From Sedimentisphaerales bacterium (GTDB lineage: Bacteria > Planctomycetota > Phycisphaerae > Sedimentisphaerales > Anaerobacaceae): a stretch of DNA of 64,000 nucleotides. This document shows, in pieces, positions 58,703-64,000 of this stretch; the stretch's first letter is position 1; the number at the start of each line of letters is the position of its first letter. The DNA is taken from assembly GCA_040772485.1 (NCBI GenBank), contig JAXGYC010000009.1, positions 288,001 to 352,000 of the forward strand, written 5' to 3'. A program made the translations under genes and the position numbers. The notes under the pieces are model-generated. The model was not told where the DNA came from, did not search any database, and saw nothing but the letters and a program-made list of their open reading frames with translations.

Positions 58703-59512
58703 TTATCCCGGCCCGAACAGCTCCGCGAACTTGCTGCCGATGTCCGGCTGCTCGCACAAGGTCTGGCCGATGAGAACAGCGCGGACACCCATGCGGATGA
58801 GCTTCTCGACGTCGCGGCGTGTCCGGATGCCGCTCTCGGCAACCACGGGGACATCGTCATCGAGCATGTCCTTGAGCCGGCTGGTCGTGTTCAGATCGAC
58901 CGCCATGGTCGTCAGGTCGCGGTTGTTGATGCCGAGCACACTGTATCGTCCCGCCGGAAAGCCGATCAGACTGCGGACGCCCAGGAGCGTATCGGCCTGG
59001 TGGACCTCCACCAGCACGGTCAGCGTCAGTTCCGTCGCCGCAATCATCAGGTCCATCAGCTCGCCTGTCGGCAGCGCGTCGGCGATCAGCAGGATCGCGT
59101 CGGCGCCGGCGGCACGCGACTCGTACACCTGCCAGAGGTCCACGATGAAATCCTTTCGCAGGACCGGCAGCGCGACCGCCTGCTTGACCTGCTCGACGTA
59201 TTCGAGCTGGCCTTGGAAGTACTTCTCGTCGGTCAGGACGCTGATCGCATCGGCGCCGCAGCGTTCATACGTCTGGGCAATGGCCACCGGGTCGAAATCG
59301 GCGCGGATCAGTCCCGCCGACGGCGACGCCTTCTTGACCTCGGCGATCACGTTGAGCCCGCGCCGGTTCGCCTTGGTCACCGCCTGGTAGAAGTTGCGGC
59401 ACTTCGGCAGACCGATGATCCGCTCCTTGAGCTGTTCGAGACTGACCTGGGTCCGTCTGTCCCACACCTCCTGGCGCTTGTCGGCGATAATCTGGTCTAA
59501 GATGTTAGCCAA
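58703..59512 (-). CDS. trpC: Indole-3-glycerol phosphate synthase
   Basis: IAEVKKASPS.G, SVLTD..YF.G, LRKDF, GINNRDL and VAESGI motifs. Confidence 0.97.
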   Translation of the reverse strand: MANILDQIIADKRQEVWDRRTQVSLEQLKERIIGLPKCRNFYQAVTKANRRGLNVIAEVKKASPSAGLIRADFDPVAIAQTYERCGADAISVLTDEKYFQGQLEYVEQVKQAVALPVLRKDFIVDLWQVYESRAAGADAILLIADALPTGELMDLMIAATELTLTVLVEVHQADTLLGVRSLIGFPAGRYSVLGINNRDLTTMAVDLNTTSRLKDMLDDDVPVVAESGIRTRRDVEKLIRMGVRAVLIGQTLCEQPDIGSKFAELFGPG

Positions 59513-59536
59513 TACAGTCGTGTCCCGTTTGTGACG

Positions 59537-59564
59537 GTAGGGGCGAATGATGATTCGCCCCTAC
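59537..59564. repeat. GTAG-REP overlapping the DUF1844 stop codon
   Basis: GTAGGGGCGAATGATGATTCGCCCCTAC. Confidence 0.85.
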
Positions 59565-59980
59565 GCCTGCGGTCCGCCGCCGGCGGACTCGGCGATCTGC
59601 ACGAAGCCCATGCGCAGCTCGTTCAGCGTGTTCTTGAGCAGTTGCGATTCCTCTGCCGTCAGGTTGCCCTTGGTCTTGGCCTGGAGCGTTTCAAGCATAT
59701 CGATGTTGTATCGCGCCATCTCCAGGTCCGGCTCTCTCTGGTCCTGGCCCTTGACCCGCAGCACGCCCAATGCGAACAGCGCCTGGGTCGTCAGCATGTT
59801 GATCAGGCTGGCGAGGTCGCCCTGCGGCAGTGGCCCGGCCGGTTGGCCGATCTCCTCCTCCTCGTCAGCGGCCTTCTGCTTGGCTTTCTCCTGCTTCTCC
59901 TTGGCGGCCAGTATCTCCTTCTCCTGCTGCGCCTGCTTCTTCCAGTCCTCGTCGATGATGAGCTTTTTCTCGTCTGCCAT
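59561..59980 (-). CDS. DUF1844 domain protein
   Basis: KLIIDEDWK..AQ.EKE, A...IDML..LQ.KTKGNL..EE and L.ELRM.FV motifs. Confidence 0.9.
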   Translation of the reverse strand: MADEKKLIIDEDWKKQAQQEKEILAAKEKQEKAKQKAADEEEEIGQPAGPLPQGDLASLINMLTTQALFALGVLRVKGQDQREPDLEMARYNIDMLETLQAKTKGNLTAEESQLLKNTLNELRMGFVQIAESAGGGPQA

Positions 59981-60004
59981 GCCGGTCATCCTTTTCGATT
60001 CTCG

Positions 60005-60057
60005 GTAGGGGCAGGCCCCTGTGCCTGCCCGGGCAACCACGGGGGGTTGCCCCCTAC
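60005..60057. repeat. Inverted GTAG-REP hetero-doublet (REPIN-like)
   Basis: GTAGGGGCAGGCCCCTGTGCCTGCCC-GGGCAACCACGGGGGGTTGCCCCCTAC; the same two units as 48410-48492 in the opposite orientation. Confidence 0.85.
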
Positions 60058-60059
60058 GG

Positions 60060-60542
60060 TTATCGTTTTCGGTACTTCTTCATGTCACGATCGAGATCAC
60101 GTTTCTGGCCGCGTTCGGCGATGGTGGCCCGCTTGTCATATTGGCGCTTGCCCCGGGCCAGGGCCAGCTCGACCTTGGCCAGACCTCGGCCGCTGAAATA
60201 CAGCCGAAGGGGCACCAGCGTGAAGCCGCGTTGCTCAAGCTTGACCGAGATGCGGTGCAGCTCGGCCTTGTGCAGCAGCACCTTGCGCTTTCGCACCGGG
60301 TCGTGGCCGCCTTCTCGCGCCATGGCATACGGCGCGATCTTGGCTCCGATGAGCCAGCATTCGCCCTGTTCCAGGCGGGCGTAGGACCCGCTCAGGTCGG
60401 CGGCGGCCCCGCGCAGCGACTTGACCTCGCTGCCGCGCAATTGCAGCCCGGCCTCGAACTTCTCGACCAGCTCGAAGTCGCGGTACGCCTTCTTGTTGAA
60501 CGCCGCCGGACTGTCAAACCCCTTCTTTTCCTTATTCACCAT
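60060..60542 (-). CDS. smpB: SsrA-binding protein
   Basis: NKKA..DF, EAGL.L.GSEVKSLR, R.RK.LLHK and LARGKRQYDKR motifs. Confidence 0.97.
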   Translation of the reverse strand: MVNKEKKGFDSPAAFNKKAYRDFELVEKFEAGLQLRGSEVKSLRGAAADLSGSYARLEQGECWLIGAKIAPYAMAREGGHDPVRKRKVLLHKAELHRISVKLEQRGFTLVPLRLYFSGRGLAKVELALARGKRQYDKRATIAERGQKRDLDRDMKKYRKR

Positions 60543-60618
60543 CCGGCCCATCATACCGGCCCCCGCCGGCCTTGGCAACCCGCACCGGCGATAGCAGGCA
60601 CGGGATGGGTGCACTTGA

Positions 60619-60832
60619 TGTTCGTAGGTAGACCTTCACCGGAGGCTGCAATCGACTTTGTCATTCCGACCGGAGCGCAGCGTAGTGGAGGAATCTGGCT
60701 GCGAAGGGGCTATTGCCTTATCCTCGGCCAGATTTCTCCGTGCGGGCTTCGCCCTTAGTCGAAATGACATCCGCCACGCTCTCCGAGATGACAGACCCCT
60801 TCCTGGCCTCGGCAGGAACCTACCTACAAACA
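60619..60832. repeat. Nested palindromic elements: a TGTCAT..ATGACA element inside an inverted GTAGGTAG pair
   Basis: TGTCATTCCGAC..GGAGGAATCTGGC..GCCAGATTTCTCC..GTCGAAATGACA (60659-60769), flanked by TGTTCGTAGGTAG and CTACCTACAAACA. Confidence 0.75.
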
Positions 60833-60852
60833 CGCAGTGCACCCGCACGGGA

Positions 60853-62274
60853 TCATCCTTTCGGGATACGTTTGGCGAGTTGGTCTTCGGCGGGCGTCAG
60901 GGTGGCGCGGTGGTGTTCGACCTCTCTCAAGATGTCGGCGATGACGCCGGGGTGGTCCTTGGCGACGTCGTACTTCTCGGACGGGTCGTGTTCGAGATGG
61001 TAGAGCACGGACGGATCGTGCTTGATCGGCTTGTCGCCTCCGTAACCCGATTGCGTGATGAAGTGGGCCTTATACGGCCCTTTGCGCACGGCGAACAGCT
61101 CGGTCCCACGATAGTAGAACATGGTCCGGCGGGGGCTGGGACCGGTGCCGAACAGGGCGGGCGCAAGGTCGAGCCCGTCGACGACGCGGTCGGAGGGCGC
61201 CTCGGCGCCGGCCAGCTTGAGGATCGTCGTGTAGAGGTCCATCGTCGCGCCCATGTCACGAACCACGCCGGGCCGGATCCGGCCGGGCCACCAGCAGATC
61301 GTCGGCTCGCGCATCCCGCCTTCGTAGGTGCAGCCCTTGCCCTCGCGCAGCAGGCCGGCCGAGCCCCCGTGCTCGTTGAAGGTCAGCCAGGGACCGTTGT
61401 CTGAGGTGAAGACGACGAGCGTGTTCTCCGCCAGGTTGTGCTTCTTGAGCGTGTCGAGAATCCGGCCGACGCCCGCGTCGATCTCCTCGACGACATCGCC
61501 ATACAGGCCGCGAAGGCTCGTGCCACGGAATTCGTCGGAGCAGAACAGCGGCACGTGAGGCAGATTGTGCGCCAAGTACAGGAAGAACGGTTCATCCTTC
61601 CTGGTCTCGATGAAGCGCACCGCCTCGTCGCTGTAGCGTTGGATCAGTGTGTTCTGATCGGCGGGCCGCTCGACGATCTCTTCGTTCCGCATCAGCGGCA
61701 CGTTCCAGTACTCGACCTTCGGGTTCCAGAATGCCTGGCGTCCTTCGCCTCCGACGCGGTCCATGTCGTTGCTGTACGGAATCCCGAAGTACGAGTCGAA
61801 TCCGTGGCTGGTGGGCAGGTACTGCGGCAGGTGGCCCAGATGCCACTTGCCGATGCACGCGGTCGTGTAGCCCTGGGGCTTCAGCGCCCGTGCGATGGTG
61901 ACTTCGCTCTGGGGCAGTCCGCCGGCCGAGTCCGGGAAGAGCACCCGCCGCACGTTGCTGCACATGCCGCTGCGAATCGGCAGCCGGCCGGTCAGCAGCG
62001 CCGCCCGGCTGGGCGTGCAGACCGAGGCGCCCGCGTAGAAGCTCGTCCACCTCTGGCCCTCGCCCGCCATGCGATCGAGGTTGGGCGTGCGAATCGTCGG
62101 ATGGCCGAAGCAGGCCAGGTCACCGTAGCCCAGATCGTCACAGAAGATGATGACGAAGTTAGGTCGCCGGCGCTCGGGGGCGCTGCTTGTGCCGGCTAAG
62201 AGACATTGATGGGCTGATACGGGCAGGCCTGCACAGGCCAAGCCGATCGTCTTGATGAAGTCGCGTCGGTTCAT
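60853..62274 (-). CDS. Arylsulfatase A-like sulfatase, Tat-exported
   Basis: NRRDFIK, DDLGYGD, CTPSRAALLTGR, GKWHLG and TSDNG motifs. Confidence 0.95.
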   Translation of the reverse strand: MNRRDFIKTIGLACAGLPVSAHQCLLAGTSSAPERRRPNFVIIFCDDLGYGDLACFGHPTIRTPNLDRMAGEGQRWTSFYAGASVCTPSRAALLTGRLPIRSGMCSNVRRVLFPDSAGGLPQSEVTIARALKPQGYTTACIGKWHLGHLPQYLPTSHGFDSYFGIPYSNDMDRVGGEGRQAFWNPKVEYWNVPLMRNEEIVERPADQNTLIQRYSDEAVRFIETRKDEPFFLYLAHNLPHVPLFCSDEFRGTSLRGLYGDVVEEIDAGVGRILDTLKKHNLAENTLVVFTSDNGPWLTFNEHGGSAGLLREGKGCTYEGGMREPTICWWPGRIRPGVVRDMGATMDLYTTILKLAGAEAPSDRVVDGLDLAPALFGTGPSPRRTMFYYRGTELFAVRKGPYKAHFITQSGYGGDKPIKHDPSVLYHLEHDPSEKYDVAKDHPGVIADILREVEHHRATLTPAEDQLAKRIPKG

Positions 62275-63857
62275 GTGCGTCTCTCCAGGGTTGCCGGCCG
62301 GCTATGGCCTTGGTGTTTGCAGCGTTCGAGCAGGGCGGTCAGATGTGTCACGATCTCCGGTCGCTCGGACCAGAGGTTGGTCTGTTCGCCCGGGTCGTCG
62401 TCGAGGTTGTAGAGCTGTCCCTTTGGTCCGCCCGGCTCGGGCTCGACTTGACGCGGCGCCGTGAAACCGCCGGAGCCGAGGCCCTCGATCAGCTTCCACG
62501 GACCCTGGCGGATTGCGAACAAACCCTGTGCGGAGTGGTGGACCACCGCCTCACGGACCGGTTCGGCCAGCGTGGGGTCAAGCATGGCGGGCAGGAGGTT
62601 GTAGCTGTCCTGACCGGCGTTGGATGGCAACGTGCCGCCTGCAACGGCAGCACACGTTGCCATCAGATCGGTCAGGCAGATCGTCTGGTTGCTGCGCGAG
62701 CCGGGGTGGATGCGTCCCGGCCAGCGGCACACGAACGGGACCCGATGACCTCCCTCGTGGATGTCCGCTTTCTGCCCTCGCCAAGGCCCGTTGGCGCGGT
62801 GGCCGAACTTCTCGATCTGCTCCGTGGGCCAGTGCGAGCCGTTGTCGGATGTGACGATCAGCAGCGTCTCGTCGCCAAGGCCGGCGTGGTCGAGAGCTTC
62901 AACGATCCGGCCAATCGAAGCATCCACCTGCGCGACGAAATCACCGTACCAATCGACCTCGGTCTTGCCGCGGAATTCATCCGTGGGCATCCAGGGTGTG
63001 TGCGGCGCCGTCAGCGGGACGTAGAGAAAGAACGGGTTGTTCTTGTCCTGTTGCTTCACGAAGTCGATGGCCTTGCTCGTGATCGTGGGCAGGACGTCTG
63101 TGAAATCGAACGAAGGGGCGATTGGTCCGGCCCGCCAGAAGCCCCCGCCCCCGTCCCAGCGGCGCTTGCTGCCCGGCGTCTGGCTGGTCGGCGCCTCGAC
63201 AGTGCGGCCGTTCTCCAGCCAGCAGTAGGGGTCCATGTCGAGAGAGGCCGGAATGACGTAGCCGTAATCGAACCCCAGCGATTGCGGCCCGTGCGTCACT
63301 GACGCGTTCCAATCGACGTTGCCGGCCTTGGCGGCGCCCCCATCCTTCGTGACCCAGCCGAGGCCGAGGTGCCACTTGCCGATGCAGCCGGTGCGGTAGC
63401 CGCGACGTTTGAGCATTGAGGCGAGGGTGGGCCGATCCGTCTCGATCAGCGGTTCGCTGTAGCCGCCCAAAACGCCGCTCTTGAGCCGGGACCGCCAGCA
63501 GTAGCGCCCGGTCAGCAGTCCGTAACGGGTGGGCGTGCAGACCGCCGATGGTGTGTGGGCATCGGTGAAGCGAATTCCCTCGCCCGCCAGCCGATCCACG
63601 CACGGTGTCGGGATCTTGGATTGCGCATCGTACGGTAGAGGCGAACAAACATTCGCCCGTACGTCACCATAGCCGAGATCGTCGGCGAGGATGATCACGA
63701 TGTTGGGACGCTTCGGTGGTCGTGTGTCGGCAACCGTAGGGGCGACATCCGCCAGAGGCGGATCGCTCTTACCCCGGCAGGCGGACAGAGTCCCCATTGC
63801 CGCCACGCAGCCGGCAGTTCGAAGAAACTCGCGGCGGGTCAGTGGATCATGCGTCAT
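62271..63857 (-). CDS. Arylsulfatase, Tat lipoprotein
   Basis: TRREFL with LSAC lipobox, DDLGYGD, CTPTRYGLLTGRY, GKWHLG and SDNG motifs; ATGA-coupled to the next sulfatase. Confidence 0.95.
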   Translation of the reverse strand: MTHDPLTRREFLRTAGCVAAMGTLSACRGKSDPPLADVAPTVADTRPPKRPNIVIILADDLGYGDVRANVCSPLPYDAQSKIPTPCVDRLAGEGIRFTDAHTPSAVCTPTRYGLLTGRYCWRSRLKSGVLGGYSEPLIETDRPTLASMLKRRGYRTGCIGKWHLGLGWVTKDGGAAKAGNVDWNASVTHGPQSLGFDYGYVIPASLDMDPYCWLENGRTVEAPTSQTPGSKRRWDGGGGFWRAGPIAPSFDFTDVLPTITSKAIDFVKQQDKNNPFFLYVPLTAPHTPWMPTDEFRGKTEVDWYGDFVAQVDASIGRIVEALDHAGLGDETLLIVTSDNGSHWPTEQIEKFGHRANGPWRGQKADIHEGGHRVPFVCRWPGRIHPGSRSNQTICLTDLMATCAAVAGGTLPSNAGQDSYNLLPAMLDPTLAEPVREAVVHHSAQGLFAIRQGPWKLIEGLGSGGFTAPRQVEPEPGGPKGQLYNLDDDPGEQTNLWSERPEIVTHLTALLERCKHQGHSRPATLERRT

Positions 63858-63954
63858 CGTGCCGAACTCCTTCTATCGATTACCATGCCGTCGGCTCGCT
63901 CCCATTATGGCGCATGCAGCCTTCGCAGGCAACGATGGTCGGCGGATCGCCCGC

Positions 63955-63982
63955 GTAGGGGCGAATGATTATTCGCCTCTAC
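63955..63982. repeat. GTAG-REP palindrome
   Basis: GTAGGGGCGAATGATTATTCGCCTCTAC. Confidence 0.8.
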
Positions 63983-64000
63983 GTGATGGCGTTCCGGCGG

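Noticed and set aside
60543..60852. tmRNA next to smpB
   Set aside because: No GGGG 5' end, T-arm/CCA 3' end or tag frame; the region is explained by palindromic repeats.

Overview
GC-rich bacterial chromosomal segment, most likely from a planctomycete of class Phycisphaerae (Sedimentisphaerales-like). This is inferred from the Tat-exported sulfatases, LamG/discoidin multidomain secreted proteins, prepilin H-X9-DG proteins and eukaryote-type UDP-GlcNAc pyrophosphorylase. Bases 1-24 kb and 48-64 kb are mostly carbohydrate and sulfate-ester utilisation genes (3 sulfatases, GH2, GH130 plus Na+/solute symporter, GH74-like propeller, galM). Housekeeping genes are queA, aconitase, hisD, alaS, recA, thpR, gltX, glnS, trpC and smpB. 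Two small toxin-antitoxin modules (hicAB with an Imm32-like gene; MNT-HEPN) flank glnS. I found no rRNA, tRNA, CRISPR array, integrase or transposase. The most notable signals are: (1) a tandem array of four pilin-like genes, three of them mosaic paralogs with apparent gene-conversion tracts and shared motifs in long upstream regions; (2) an XRE/Cro-type helix-turn-helix-like insertion directly after the KMSKS motif of GluRS; (3) a G9 tract in the spacer of the predicted glnS promoter; (4) an orphan ORF whose structured leader is packed with CsrA-type GGA sites; (5) many small palindromic repeats, including a GTAG-REP inserted in frame in queA and 6/7/9-mer tandem-repeat hairpins. All family assignments come from motif recognition by eye; no database searches were run.
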